DNA of 55,218 nucleotides from an uncultured Erysipelotrichaceae bacterium (lineage in GTDB: Bacteria; Bacillota_I; Bacilli_A; Erysipelotrichales; Erysipelotrichaceae), in NCBI GenBank assembly GCA_964501425.1, contig CAZCSQ010000001.1, forward strand, positions 1 to 55,218, written 5' to 3'. Both the position numbers and the translations under genes were made by a program. Below, in pieces: positions 24,777 to 35,327 of this stretch (positions within the stretch are counted from its first letter, which is position 1; the number at the start of each line of letters is the position of its first letter). The notes beneath the pieces are model-generated. The model made no database searches and was not told the DNA's origin. It worked only from the letters and a program-made list of their open reading frames with translations.

Positions 24777-26051
24777 TTAATAAGATTGTAATTCGCTATT
24801 ACTTGCGGCTACACAATCCGCAAGAGCTTGTTCAGGAGTTTTTAAACCTGTACTAGCTTCTTGGACCATCTTTGTTATATAACCACGTACTGATGCTGAA
24901 CCAGCAATACTATTTAACCAACCAAAACTATCTAATTGGTCATATAATGCTTTAGCAGCAATATTTGTATTTAGATAATCTTGATAAACCGTTGTTTCAA
25001 CAGCAGTCTTATAAGCAGGAAGTCCACCTAAAGTTGTTGCCCAACTAGCTGATACATCTGTTGAACTCAAATATTTTAAGAATGCGAAAGCTGCGTCTGC
25101 TTTTTCTTCAGTAGTCTTGAAAGAAATGTATCCACCACCCCATGAAGGGATGTAATCATGACCAAGACCCATTTGTGGCATTGGTGCAACACCAACTGTA
25201 AACTTATCGCCAGCTGCGCCTAATGCATACTGTACACCAGCACTTGAACCTAAATAAGAACCTACTGCTTCAGATCCAAATGGATTTGAGAAATAGAAAT
25301 CTTCGCCTACTAAACGGAAAACGCTTTCACTGACTAAACCTGAGAACCATGTTAATTGTTCTAATGTGGTTTCATTGTCAAATTCAACCATCTTTGTTTC
25401 AGGATTAATATAGCCAGATCCTGCTTGCATGATCAAATCTTGGAATGTATCTACTTCTGAATCAGTTCCAAAACCTGGAACACCTTTGTTTTCTAAGATA
25501 ACACGACTGTTAGCTTCTAATTGTTCCCATGTTGTTGGAACTTCTAATTCTAACTCCTCATACCATGTAGCATTGTAATACAATACTTCAGAAGTCTGGA
25601 TTGTTGGAATCATATAAATAGCTTCTTCACCCCATTGTGTGATCTCGCCATATAGATTACCAATCAAATTATCTTTAAAGTCAGCAATACCATTTTCTCC
25701 ATTAATATATGGAGCGAAATCAACTACTAAATCTTCATCGATGTAAGCAGATACGGCTGTAGGATATGCACTGACAACATCTGGTCCTACTCCGTTTCTA
25801 ACAGCTTGTAAAATCTTTGCTTCATAATCTTGATAAGCTTGAGGCTGAACAACAACCTTCACCGCTGTTTGTGATGCATTGAAATCCGCAACGATCTGAT
25901 TGTATGCTTCTGCATGATGCTCTGTGTAAGTGTTCCAAACGATTAACTCAACTGGTTCACTTGGTTCTTTTTCTCCACCATCTGTAGTTGTACTACAAGC
26001 AGCTAAAGAAAGTGATACTAAAATGACTAATAAAACCTTGATCAACTTCAT
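24777..26051 (-). CDS. ABC transporter substrate-binding lipoprotein (family 1 / CUT1-type)
   Basis: Signal peptide with lipobox LSLAAC-S. At 424 aa, its size and composition are typical of family-1 solute-binding proteins. RBS AAAGGAGG. Confidence 0.88.
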   Translation of the reverse strand: MKLIKVLLVILVSLSLAACSTTTDGGEKEPSEPVELIVWNTYTEHHAEAYNQIVADFNASQTAVKVVVQPQAYQDYEAKILQAVRNGVGPDVVSAYPTAVSAYIDEDLVVDFAPYINGENGIADFKDNLIGNLYGEITQWGEEAIYMIPTIQTSEVLYYNATWYEELELEVPTTWEQLEANSRVILENKGVPGFGTDSEVDTFQDLIMQAGSGYINPETKMVEFDNETTLEQLTWFSGLVSESVFRLVGEDFYFSNPFGSEAVGSYLGSSAGVQYALGAAGDKFTVGVAPMPQMGLGHDYIPSWGGGYISFKTTEEKADAAFAFLKYLSSTDVSASWATTLGGLPAYKTAVETTVYQDYLNTNIAAKALYDQLDSFGWLNSIAGSASVRGYITKMVQEASTGLKTPEQALADCVAASNSELQSY

Positions 26052-26164
26052 TTTTTTCCTCCTTTGTCGTGTGTTAGTTACTCACAAGACTAACTATGTT
26101 TATATTACCATATAAGCATAGCTTTTATCGTCTAAATATGTATTAAATTAAGTTAAATTTAAAA

Positions 26165-26197
26165 AGGTAGTCAGTTAAATTGGATTTATCCGACTAC
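26165..26197 (-). terminator. Weak candidate terminator after the upstream membrane-protein gene
   Basis: GGTAGTC, a 19 nt loop, then GACTACC, followed by only T4 on the minus strand. Confidence 0.35.
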
Positions 26198-26266
26198 CCA
26201 TTTTAGATGATCAATCTATTTTGATAAATTGAGATAATTCACATTAACTATATCGATATTTATCAT

Positions 26267-27046
26267 TTATTTGATTACTTGTTTAACTTCAATGTTAAAC
26301 AGATTCTTTATCTTTGCCACATAGATCAATAACCCACAATAGATAAAAGTCACAATGATCGATAATACAAACTGACCATACATCGGCAAGATGTAGATCA
26401 ATGCATTAAAGACAATAAGCATCGCTAAAGCAAACAAGACATAACGTCGATCGTTATTGTTTTTCTCTCTTACTAAAAGATAGGTTAATATAACATTCAC
26501 AATGATCACAAAGATAGCTGTAAAAGCATAGTATAAGATCGTATCAGCTGTAGCGGCCTGAGCGTTACTTATTACCGTTTCCGCATCCGCAACTGATAAG
26601 ATATCATAAATCGTTCCATTATTGATCTTAAGTGCATAACTTAGATTGGTAAACATCATCATTCCCATTGAAAAGAGGACTTCACCTGTTCCTATACCAA
26701 TCGCAATTGATGATACTTCTTTATTTGAATGGGTATTAGGTAATAGGTATTTGAATGAGAATTTTCGACCATAAACATCAATCAAAGATATGATCAATAC
26801 TGATAATGGAATCGTAAAAGCCGTTTGCGCAAGTAATGGATTATCACCAAACATTAAAGTGATAAAATTAAGTAGTGGATTCATGATGAATAGATTCAAC
26901 ACTAAAAAGATAAACATCCCCATCAATAATCTGACAATATCTAATTTCTTCCTTATCAAACCAAAGACAACAATAAAGATCGGTAATACTACTGTTGTGA
27001 TATTAGCAAAGTATAAACTGAACATTGTCAAAGAATTTATCATCAT
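26267..27046 (-). CDS. Polytopic membrane protein of unknown function (possibly YhfC-like)
   Basis: 259 aa with about 7 hydrophobic segments. I could not confirm a diagnostic motif. Confidence 0.55.
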   Translation of the reverse strand: MMINSLTMFSLYFANITTVVLPIFIVVFGLIRKKLDIVRLLMGMFIFLVLNLFIMNPLLNFITLMFGDNPLLAQTAFTIPLSVLIISLIDVYGRKFSFKYLLPNTHSNKEVSSIAIGIGTGEVLFSMGMMMFTNLSYALKINNGTIYDILSVADAETVISNAQAATADTILYYAFTAIFVIIVNVILTYLLVREKNNNDRRYVLFALAMLIVFNALIYILPMYGQFVLSIIVTFIYCGLLIYVAKIKNLFNIEVKQVIK

Positions 27047-27073
27047 AAACCTCCATTTCGTAGTATCTAATAG

Positions 27074-28561
27074 CTACTTGTTTCTCATATGAGGGAATAA
27101 TATTACTTCTCTGATAGTTTCACTATTGGTTAGTAACATCACAAAGCGATCGATACCAATACCAATGCCGCCTGTTGGTGGTAAACCATACTCTAAAGCT
27201 TCTACATAATCAATATCCATTTCGTTAGCTTCGACATTACCAAGACTTTTTTCTTTGATCTGTTGTTCAAAGCGTTCTCTTTGATCGATTGGATCATTAA
27301 GTTCACTAAAAGCATTAGCGTATTCACTACCATCAATGAATAATTCAAAACGTTCTGTAAAACGACTATCTTCTTTGTTGCGTTTAGCAAGTGGTGAGAT
27401 CTCGATTGGATGACCATATAATAAAGTTGGTTGAATTAATGTCTTTTCCCCATATTCTTCAAAGAATAGATTTATGATATGACCAATTGATCTTTGATGT
27501 TTTTCAACTTTAATGTGATGCTCATCAGCTAAAGCTAAAGCTTTTTCTAAATCAGTGATTGGCCAAAAATCAACTCCACAAGCTTCTTTGATACAATCAA
27601 CCATGTGTTGACGTTTAAAAGGTCCCTTTAAGTTAATAATCTTATCTTTATATTCCACACTGGTCGTGTTTAATATTTTCATTGAGACATATTCAATTAA
27701 CCCTTCCACAAGGTCCATCATGCCATAAATATCTGAATAAGCGACATAGGCTTCAACTGTAGTGAATTCGGGATTATGTTTAGCATCCATGCCTTCATTT
27801 CTGAATAAGCGACCTATTTCATAAACACCCTCAAGTCCACCAACGATCAAGCGCTTTAGTGGTAATTCAGTCGCTATCCGAAGATAAAAATTCATATCCA
27901 ATGTATTGTGATGAGTCACAAAAGGACGTGCAGCGGCTCCACCAAGAATTGGTTGTAATACTGGTGTTTCAACTTCGATCAAGCCTTGATCATCTAAATA
28001 GTTTTGGATGGAGCGAATGATCTTAGGTCGTGTCATAGCGATGCGTCTAGCATCCTCATTTACAATAAGATCCACGTATCGACGACGATAACGTTCTTCG
28101 ATATCGTTTAAGCCATGAAATTTATCCGGTAACGGTCTTAACGCCTTAGTTAAATGTGTATAATTTAAAGCCTTAACTGATAGTTCGCCATGATTAGTCC
28201 TAAAGACTTCTCCTTCAATACCAACAATGTCACCTAGATCAGCGTTTTCAAACACTTCATAAAGCTCATCCTGTAAGACATCTTTACGAACATATATCTG
28301 AATTTGACCATCACGATCTTGAACATGCATAAAACCAGCTTTACCCATAAGCCGTTTAGTCATGATTCGTCCAGCAATACTGACATGTACAGCCAATTCC
28401 GCTAATTCTTCTTTTGTCTTATCACAATAAGTATCTATTATCTCTTTAGTACGATGAGTCCGTTTATAAGCCGATCCAAAAGGTTCAATACCTTTATCCA
28501 GCAAATCTTGTAGTTTCCCTCTTCGTACTTGTTCTTGTTCAGTTAAATCTAATTCTTCCAT
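27074..28561 (-). CDS. lysS: Lysine--tRNA ligase (class II)
   Basis: Class II motifs ([19 protein letters not shown]) and an OB-fold N-domain. ATG at 28561 has RBS AGGTG 6 nt upstream. The track start at 28570 is a GTG too close to the SD. Confidence 0.95.
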   Translation of the reverse strand: MEELDLTEQEQVRRGKLQDLLDKGIEPFGSAYKRTHRTKEIIDTYCDKTKEELAELAVHVSIAGRIMTKRLMGKAGFMHVQDRDGQIQIYVRKDVLQDELYEVFENADLGDIVGIEGEVFRTNHGELSVKALNYTHLTKALRPLPDKFHGLNDIEERYRRRYVDLIVNEDARRIAMTRPKIIRSIQNYLDDQGLIEVETPVLQPILGGAAARPFVTHHNTLDMNFYLRIATELPLKRLIVGGLEGVYEIGRLFRNEGMDAKHNPEFTTVEAYVAYSDIYGMMDLVEGLIEYVSMKILNTTSVEYKDKIINLKGPFKRQHMVDCIKEACGVDFWPITDLEKALALADEHHIKVEKHQRSIGHIINLFFEEYGEKTLIQPTLLYGHPIEISPLAKRNKEDSRFTERFELFIDGSEYANAFSELNDPIDQRERFEQQIKEKSLGNVEANEMDIDYVEALEYGLPPTGGIGIGIDRFVMLLTNSETIREVILFPHMRNK

Positions 28562-28613
28562 GTTTTGCACCTACTTTTCCTTCTAATCATAACAAATTAT
28601 CACTATCTTTTCA

Positions 28614-29576
28614 TTAACTATTCTTTAGTACCTCTTTATAGTCATTGATAATACGATATATATCAACTAAAGAATCTACTTTAGCTAATTCAACTTTTAC
28701 CTTGTTATTATGAGGCAACCCATTCAAATACCAACCAGCTTGTCCTCTCATTTCACTCAAGGCAATCTTTTCTCCTTTAAGATTGATCAATCTTTCGGTA
28801 TGTTTTACGATCATATCCAATTTCATCTCGGTGGTTATCGCTACATCTTGATTATCCACGATCTCTTTAACAAGCCACGGATTACCAAGTAGACCTCTAC
28901 CGATCATAATGGCATCACAGCCAGTCTCCGCTATCATCCGATAAGCATCATCTTTTGTCTTGATATCGCCATTACCAATAACTGGAATCTTCACCACATC
29001 TTTTACTTGCTTGATAATACTCCAATCAGCGTGACCACTATACATTTGATTCCGGGTACGTGGATGAACAGCGATAGCTGAAGCACCTGCTGCTTCACAT
29101 AAAAGAGCTACTTCTACCGCATTGATATTATCACTTTTATAGCCAGAGCGAATCTTAACCGTTAATGGTTTTTTGATTTGGGTAGTGATCGCTTTGATCA
29201 ATTGATAGATATGATCAGGATCTTTCATCAGCGCACTACCAGAATTATTAGAAGTGATCTTTGGTACGGGGCAGCCCATATTGATATCAATGATGTCACA
29301 ATCATTATATTGGTCTAGATACTGGGCAGCTTCAACCATACTAGCTATTTCATTACCAAACAGCTGCATACTAAAAGGATGTTCATCCTCACCAATGACT
29401 AACATATCCATTGTTTTCTTGTTGCGATAGTTAATAGCTTTATCACTGACCATCTCACTATACACAAGTCCCGCTCCTAGTTGTAATACAAGACTACGAA
29501 AAGCAAGATTAGTTATACCAGCCATAGGCGCAACGATCACATTGTTTTTTATGAGTACATTACCAATCTTAAACAT
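28614..29576 (-). CDS. dusB: tRNA-dihydrouridine synthase
   Basis: VAPMAGITN, DINMGCP, and a TIM-barrel Dus signature. Confidence 0.93.
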   Translation of the reverse strand: MFKIGNVLIKNNVIVAPMAGITNLAFRSLVLQLGAGLVYSEMVSDKAINYRNKKTMDMLVIGEDEHPFSMQLFGNEIASMVEAAQYLDQYNDCDIIDINMGCPVPKITSNNSGSALMKDPDHIYQLIKAITTQIKKPLTVKIRSGYKSDNINAVEVALLCEAAGASAIAVHPRTRNQMYSGHADWSIIKQVKDVVKIPVIGNGDIKTKDDAYRMIAETGCDAIMIGRGLLGNPWLVKEIVDNQDVAITTEMKLDMIVKHTERLINLKGEKIALSEMRGQAGWYLNGLPHNNKVKVELAKVDSLVDIYRIINDYKEVLKNS

Positions 29577-30447
29577 CTTTATTCGCTATTATTCCCTTCA
29601 GCTGTTCTTCACTAAAATGATATTTTTTACTACAATACTGACATACTATCTCACATCCATGATCTTCATCGATCATATCTTGTAGATCCTTTGTATTCAG
29701 TGTGATAAGTGCCGCCTGCATTCTTTCTTTACTACAATCACAACTAAATACTAGTTCTGTTTCATCAATGATCTTTACATCATCAAAGATCTCTTTGATA
29801 AGACCATTCATATCAGAATTGTTTAGTATTAACTCCGATATTGGTGGTAATTGCTTAATGATGTTTTCACAATATTCAATATCATCATCAGTAGAGCCTG
29901 GTAGTATTTGAATGATCAAAGCACCAGCTGCGCTTACTTGATTTTCATTATCAACTAAAACACCCACACTAACCGCGGTTGGTATTTGTTCACTCACGGT
30001 GAAATAATAGGCAAAGTCTTCGCCTATTTCCCCACTAACAAGTTTTACTGTTCCAGCAAAATCTTCCTTTAAGCCAGAATCTCTAATAACCCTTAAATAA
30101 CCATCACTTCCAACAATAGCCCCAACGGCTAATTTATTGGTATGATTATCAATTAACATCAAATGTGGATCTCCCACAAATCCTCGTACATGGCCATCCA
30201 TATAACCATCAGCCATGATTGAACCAATTGGACCATTGCCATTGATCAAGACTGTAACTTTTTCATCTTTACTCTTTAACATACTACCCAAAATAGCTGT
30301 CACCGATAAAACACGACCTAAAGCAGCCATCGATGTTGGCCATAGATCATGATTGATCTTTGCTTGTTCACAAAGATCTGTTGTTTTACATAAATAAACC
30401 CGAACTCTATCGTCACGGATCAACCCTTTTACTAATTTATCCTTCAT
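29569..30447 (-). CDS. hslO: Redox-regulated chaperone Hsp33
   Basis: C-terminal zinc centre CDCS...CQYC. ATG at 30447 (MKDKLVKG) has AGAGGA upstream, and the track start at 30483 has no RBS. Confidence 0.9.
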   Translation of the reverse strand: MKDKLVKGLIRDDRVRVYLCKTTDLCEQAKINHDLWPTSMAALGRVLSVTAILGSMLKSKDEKVTVLINGNGPIGSIMADGYMDGHVRGFVGDPHLMLIDNHTNKLAVGAIVGSDGYLRVIRDSGLKEDFAGTVKLVSGEIGEDFAYYFTVSEQIPTAVSVGVLVDNENQVSAAGALIIQILPGSTDDDIEYCENIIKQLPPISELILNNSDMNGLIKEIFDDVKIIDETELVFSCDCSKERMQAALITLNTKDLQDMIDEDHGCEIVCQYCSKKYHFSEEQLKGIIANKDV

Positions 30448-30525
30448 ATTATCCTCTTTTTGTTTGTTTATTATAACACTCATTAAACCATTTAAAAAGC
30501 TATTGATATCAATAGCTTTTAATCA

Positions 30526-32376
30526 TTAACTTGCGACTGCGAATACTTCTTGTGCTGATTTCCCATCAGCTAAGGCATATATCTGTTCACTGGTCAATGT
30601 TTCATGTTCAAGCAAGGCATTAGCGATCGTATCCAACAGATCACGATTTTTAGTGATGATCTCTTGCGCTGACTTATAACAATCATCAATGATCTGTCTT
30701 ACAGCTTGATCGATCTCAAACGCTACTCCACCACTAACACTAGCACGAGCACCATAGTCACGACCCAAGAAGACACTGTGTTCACCACTATCATACTTGA
30801 TCGGACCTAATTCACTCATTCCATATACCGTAACCATTTCCCGAGCTAATTTTGTTGATCTTTCGATATCATTTGATGCACCAGTTGAAATCTCATTGAA
30901 TACTATTTCTTCCGCTACACGACCACCTAGATAACCAGTGATCATCGCTAATAAACTACCCTTAGTATTCAACAATGTTTCTTCCTTAGGTGTCATTAAG
31001 TTATAACCACCAGCGATTCCTCGTGGTATGATCGTCACTTTTTGGACTAGTTGTGCTTCATTTAGTTTTAAACCAATGACCGCATGTCCTGTTTCATGAT
31101 AAGCTACTAAGCGTTTCTCTTTTTCAGTATAAGTACGCGAACGTTTAGCAGGGCCCATCATTACTCTATCGATAGCTTCATCCATAAGATCCATCGTTAT
31201 CACTTCTTGACTATTTCTAACAGCTAAGATAGCTGCTTCATTCAATACATTTTCAAGATCAGCACCACTGAAACCTGGTGTTCTCTTCGCTAAAGCTCCA
31301 AGATCAACCCCTTCAGCGAGATGTTTATTACGAGCATGAACGCCCAATATCGCTTCTCTACCTTTACGATCTGGTAAACTTACAGTGATCTGACGATCAA
31401 AACGACCCGGTCTTAATAAAGCTGGATCAAGAATATCAGGACGGTTAGTTGCTGCGATCATTAAGATTCCAGCATTGTCCTTGATGCCATCCATCTCAAC
31501 TAGTAATTGATTAAGCGTTTGTTCTCTTTCATCATGACCACCACCAACACCGGCGCCACGTTGACGACCAACTGCATCGATTTCATCAATGAAGATGATC
31601 GCTGGAGCAGTCTTACCCGCATTTTTAAACATGTCACGAACACGACTTGCACCAACACCGACAAACATCTCTACAAAATCACTACCCGATATAGAAAAGA
31701 ATGGAACATCAGCTTCACCAGCTACTGCTTTCGCCAATAAGGTCTTACCAGTTCCTGGAGGACCTACTAATAGAATACCTTTAGGAATTCTCGCTCCCAT
31801 TTTTGAGAAACGTTTTGGATTCTTTAGGTAATCGATCAATTCTTCCATTTCAGCTTTTTCTTCTTCACAACCTTCAACATCAGAAAATCTAACTTTAATA
31901 TCACTTTCTAAGTGAGCTTTTGATTTACCAAATTCGAAAGCGCTATTATTACCACCAGCTCCATTCATCTTTGTTAGTAGATATAAGACGAATCCACCCA
32001 TTAAGATATAAGGAACGATATTCATTACTACATCCCAGAAGAAATTAGTTTCATATGCGTTAACGATAACCACTTGCGTATTTTTCGCAATCAATACTTC
32101 AATCAACTCATTATTAACTTTTTCTGTATTTGGGACAACAGTCGTAAACGCCATTTCTTCGTTATTTTCACCAATATAGACACCATTGATATCTAAAACA
32201 ACATTACTTACCGTTACTTCAGCCGATACGATCTTTTCTTCTTGGACCATCTTATTGAAATCATTATAAGATAGCTTATTGACCAAAGCTGTATTAGTCA
32301 TTGAAAAAATGCTATAAATAGCGATCATGACGATCATGTATGGCAGAATATTAGCTAAAGCCTTTTTATTTTTCAC
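30526..32376 (-). CDS. ftsH: ATP-dependent zinc metalloprotease FtsH
   Basis: [13 protein letters not shown], the SRH region and HETGHA (HExxH). GTG start with AGGAG upstream. Confidence 0.97.
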   Translation of the reverse strand: MKNKKALANILPYMIVMIAIYSIFSMTNTALVNKLSYNDFNKMVQEEKIVSAEVTVSNVVLDINGVYIGENNEEMAFTTVVPNTEKVNNELIEVLIAKNTQVVIVNAYETNFFWDVVMNIVPYILMGGFVLYLLTKMNGAGGNNSAFEFGKSKAHLESDIKVRFSDVEGCEEEKAEMEELIDYLKNPKRFSKMGARIPKGILLVGPPGTGKTLLAKAVAGEADVPFFSISGSDFVEMFVGVGASRVRDMFKNAGKTAPAIIFIDEIDAVGRQRGAGVGGGHDEREQTLNQLLVEMDGIKDNAGILMIAATNRPDILDPALLRPGRFDRQITVSLPDRKGREAILGVHARNKHLAEGVDLGALAKRTPGFSGADLENVLNEAAILAVRNSQEVITMDLMDEAIDRVMMGPAKRSRTYTEKEKRLVAYHETGHAVIGLKLNEAQLVQKVTIIPRGIAGGYNLMTPKEETLLNTKGSLLAMITGYLGGRVAEEIVFNEISTGASNDIERSTKLAREMVTVYGMSELGPIKYDSGEHSVFLGRDYGARASVSGGVAFEIDQAVRQIIDDCYKSAQEIITKNRDLLDTIANALLEHETLTSEQIYALADGKSAQEVFAVAS

Positions 32377-32390
32377 TAATCTTCACTCCT

Positions 32391-32930
32391 TTATTGATAA
32401 AGTTCTTCTTTTAAGACGCCTATGTAAGGCAAATTACGATATTTTTGATTAAAGTCTAATCCAAAGCCTACAACAAATTTATCTGGTATGACAAAGCCAA
32501 CAAAATCAGCGTTGACATCAACTTTACGACGAGATGGCTTATCTAATAATGAGGCAACTTTGACTTCTCTAGCCCCTTTATTATTAAGAATACCCTTCAC
32601 TTTCATTAATGTTTTACCTGTATCAACAATATCCTCGATCAATAATATATCACAATCTTGGATACTACGATCTAAATCCATTACGATGTGTACATCACCA
32701 GTAGACTCTGTGCCATGATAGCTTTCCATACACATAAAATCAACTTCAATATCCATATCAATCCGTTTTGATAACTCTGTTAAGAAAAACGAAGAACCTT
32801 TTAGTACTGATACTAATAAAGGAATACTTCCTCTTTTGGTATAATACTCCGTAATTTCTTTACCCATTTCCAAACAGCGTTGATTGATCTGCTCTTCAGA
32901 TACTAAAATTTCTTTAAAATCCTTATGCAC
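32391..32930 (-). CDS. hpt: Hypoxanthine phosphoribosyltransferase
   Basis: LLIEDIVDTGKTL PRPP motif, 179 aa. GTG start with GGGAGG upstream. Confidence 0.93.
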   Translation of the reverse strand: MHKDFKEILVSEEQINQRCLEMGKEITEYYTKRGSIPLLVSVLKGSSFFLTELSKRIDMDIEVDFMCMESYHGTESTGDVHIVMDLDRSIQDCDILLIEDIVDTGKTLMKVKGILNNKGAREVKVASLLDKPSRRKVDVNADFVGFVIPDKFVVGFGLDFNQKYRNLPYIGVLKEELYQ

Positions 32931-32956
32931 AATGTATACCTCCCACTGATGTAATA

Positions 32957-34183
32957 TTATAATTTTAGCACAAACATGTTCGGATTGTTAGAAAAATGCG
33001 CAACATTACATCCAATCTCTGGAACCAAAATAATCTCTTGATGACGATTAAGGATGATCGGCCAACTAAAACGTTCATTTAATGGTATTTTTCGATCAAT
33101 GAACCATCTGTTGATCTTCTTATGGCCAAAACGTAACTTAATCTGATCATCTGGTTGCCAACTACGAATAGTCAAAGGTAAATCATCTTCAGTGATCGTT
33201 ACCCCATTTATTCTTTCACCATTATCTGATATGGCGAAAAATGGTGTCTCGATACATTTTACTCTATCTATTAGATAATGATACGATAATGCTTTCTTAT
33301 CAAAGATAACAGGTTTTCCATAAGTTAAAGCTAATGTCTTACCTTTAATATTCATTTGCCTATTTTGATCAGTATCAAGAAATTTATAGATCTTTGATAG
33401 ATAAACAGGAGAAAACTTTCTTGCGTCTATTCCATTATTCAATAAGTAATAGCGAATTACCTCTGTTTGGATCTCACTGTCAATCTTGCTTAGTTTAGCT
33501 TTATCATAGTCATTAAAGACTTCTGTATATATGTTCTTAACTAAATTCTGTTGCTTGATCAAGCACTCATTATCCCGTTTAATGTTCGCTAAGATCTCTT
33601 CTTTTTCATTATTATCTAAATTATCCACTATGTGATGTCTTATTTTGTTTCTTGTATAAGTATCACTGGCGTTGCTTTCATCATCACCATATTGAATACC
33701 ATTTACCATGCAATATTCAATTAATTCACTTTTTGATTTATCAAGCAAAGGTCGAATGATCGTTAGATCATCTATAATTGTTTGATCATTGATACCCCAG
33801 TATAATGGAACTTGTTTTCTTTGTTTTTGTAATAGATAAGTTTCAATCAGATCATCTTGATGATGAGCCACAAGTACACCCATTGCCTGATATTTATGAG
33901 CAAGGCTTTGAAACAATTCATAACGTTGATCACGCGCCCATTTTTGAAAGTTGCCTTGATGCTGTTTCACTAAGCGATATTCAAATATGATATTTCTGTT
34001 TAGACAATAATCAAAAACGATATTCATGTCCCGATCAGCTGTCAGTCTTTTTTGATAATTTACATGAGCAACGACTAGCTTCAATCCTGAATTATAAGCC
34101 ATGTCAAGCAAGGCCATTGAATCAGGACCACCACTGACACCAATAATATATGTTTTTTCTAACGATAAATCCTGAATATTCAT
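32957..34183 (-). CDS. tilS: tRNA(Ile)-lysidine synthetase
   Basis: GVSGGPDS PP-loop motif. Conserved position upstream of hpt-ftsH. Confidence 0.9.
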   Translation of the reverse strand: MNIQDLSLEKTYIIGVSGGPDSMALLDMAYNSGLKLVVAHVNYQKRLTADRDMNIVFDYCLNRNIIFEYRLVKQHQGNFQKWARDQRYELFQSLAHKYQAMGVLVAHHQDDLIETYLLQKQRKQVPLYWGINDQTIIDDLTIIRPLLDKSKSELIEYCMVNGIQYGDDESNASDTYTRNKIRHHIVDNLDNNEKEEILANIKRDNECLIKQQNLVKNIYTEVFNDYDKAKLSKIDSEIQTEVIRYYLLNNGIDARKFSPVYLSKIYKFLDTDQNRQMNIKGKTLALTYGKPVIFDKKALSYHYLIDRVKCIETPFFAISDNGERINGVTITEDDLPLTIRSWQPDDQIKLRFGHKKINRWFIDRKIPLNERFSWPIILNRHQEIILVPEIGCNVAHFSNNPNMFVLKL

Positions 34184-34223
34184 ACACTAATTGTATGACA
34201 TTCAGCCATTATCAACAAGAACA

Positions 34224-35312
34224 TCAGTCATTTTCCTTTTTGGCAGGCCATCCAAAAATCCGTCTACTAAGGCCTAGTATCGGATGATATTTAGGATTTA
34301 TCATCCCAGTATATTCAATAAACAATTCAAAGATAAGCGATAGTATGATAAGTAAGATCAATCCTAACTTTTCATTATAGAAACTAATGATAGCGCACGC
34401 CGAGAACAATATGGTGGTAAAATATAAAGCCAAAACGGCATTACGATGCCCTAAATTTAATTTATACATCAAGATATGATGTAAGTGTCCTCGATCTGCC
34501 ACGTCAAACTTATCACCTCTTAAGCGGCGTCTAACAATAGCCATCAACGTATCCGAAATTGGCACAAACAAGATAACAATGGGAAACCCAAGAGTAATAA
34601 AGGTTGCTGTTTTAAAGCCAAGTAGTGAGATACAAGCGATGTTATATCCCAAAAATAGTGCTCCACTATCTCCCATAAAGATACTGGCTGGATGAAAATT
34701 AAAGAACCAAAAACCAAAAGAAGCCCCCGCTAAAACAAGTGCGATATATGTTACATCAACACGATTCATCATAAAAGCAATGATCGAAACAGTCACAAGG
34801 ACGATTATACTTATACCAGATGATAATCCATCTAAACCATCAATCAGATTGATCGCATTGGTTACACCAACAATCCACAAAAATGTAACGATCAAACTTA
34901 ATATACCAGTATCGAAAGCTATTCCAAATGGTAAATTTAACACTTCAATATAAATTCCCCCAACTGACATGGCGATGATCGCCGCTATCGATTGCATCAA
35001 CAATTTGATCTTTGGGGAAAGATCGATCATATCATCTACCAATCCTGTAAAGAATATGATCATTCCGCCGATAATGATACTATTGATCGTTTTATCCGCG
35101 ACAAATAATATAGACATTGTGATAATAAATGCTAAGAAGATTGCTACTCCACCGATGCTTACTATCTTACCATGGTGAACAGTTCTTTGATTTTCAACGG
35201 CATAAACTCCCAGTCGATAACCTGCATACTTTACCACCGGCACTAAAACTACCGCTATGATCATCGGTAGTAGAAAGAAAATATATGATTCCTTGAGATA
35301 GTTTATAAGCAT
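34224..35312 (-). CDS. tagO: MraY/WecA-family polyprenyl-phosphate N-acetylhexosamine-1-phosphate transferase (TagO-like)
   Basis: Polytopic, with GLVDD, NAINLIDGLDGL and MGDSGALFLG motifs. Confidence 0.85.
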   Translation of the reverse strand: MLINYLKESYIFFLLPMIIAVVLVPVVKYAGYRLGVYAVENQRTVHHGKIVSIGGVAIFLAFIITMSILFVADKTINSIIIGGMIIFFTGLVDDMIDLSPKIKLLMQSIAAIIAMSVGGIYIEVLNLPFGIAFDTGILSLIVTFLWIVGVTNAINLIDGLDGLSSGISIIVLVTVSIIAFMMNRVDVTYIALVLAGASFGFWFFNFHPASIFMGDSGALFLGYNIACISLLGFKTATFITLGFPIVILFVPISDTLMAIVRRRLRGDKFDVADRGHLHHILMYKLNLGHRNAVLALYFTTILFSACAIISFYNEKLGLILLIILSLIFELFIEYTGMINPKYHPILGLSRRIFGWPAKKEND

Positions 35313-35327
35313 GATTAGTTTTGCTTT

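Noticed and set aside
26052-26100. Short inverted repeat (GTTAGT-N10-ACTAAC) in the leader of the ABC operon, considered as an operator; also checked for Pho-box-like TTxACA repeats
   Set aside because: The arms are only 6 bp in an AT-rich region, no regulator gene is adjacent, and I could not identify direct Pho-box repeats. This is too weak to call.
28562-28613. Possible T-box or L-box leader upstream of lysS
   Set aside because: The gap to dusB is about 50 nt, far too short for such a leader. lysS appears to be co-transcribed with dusB.
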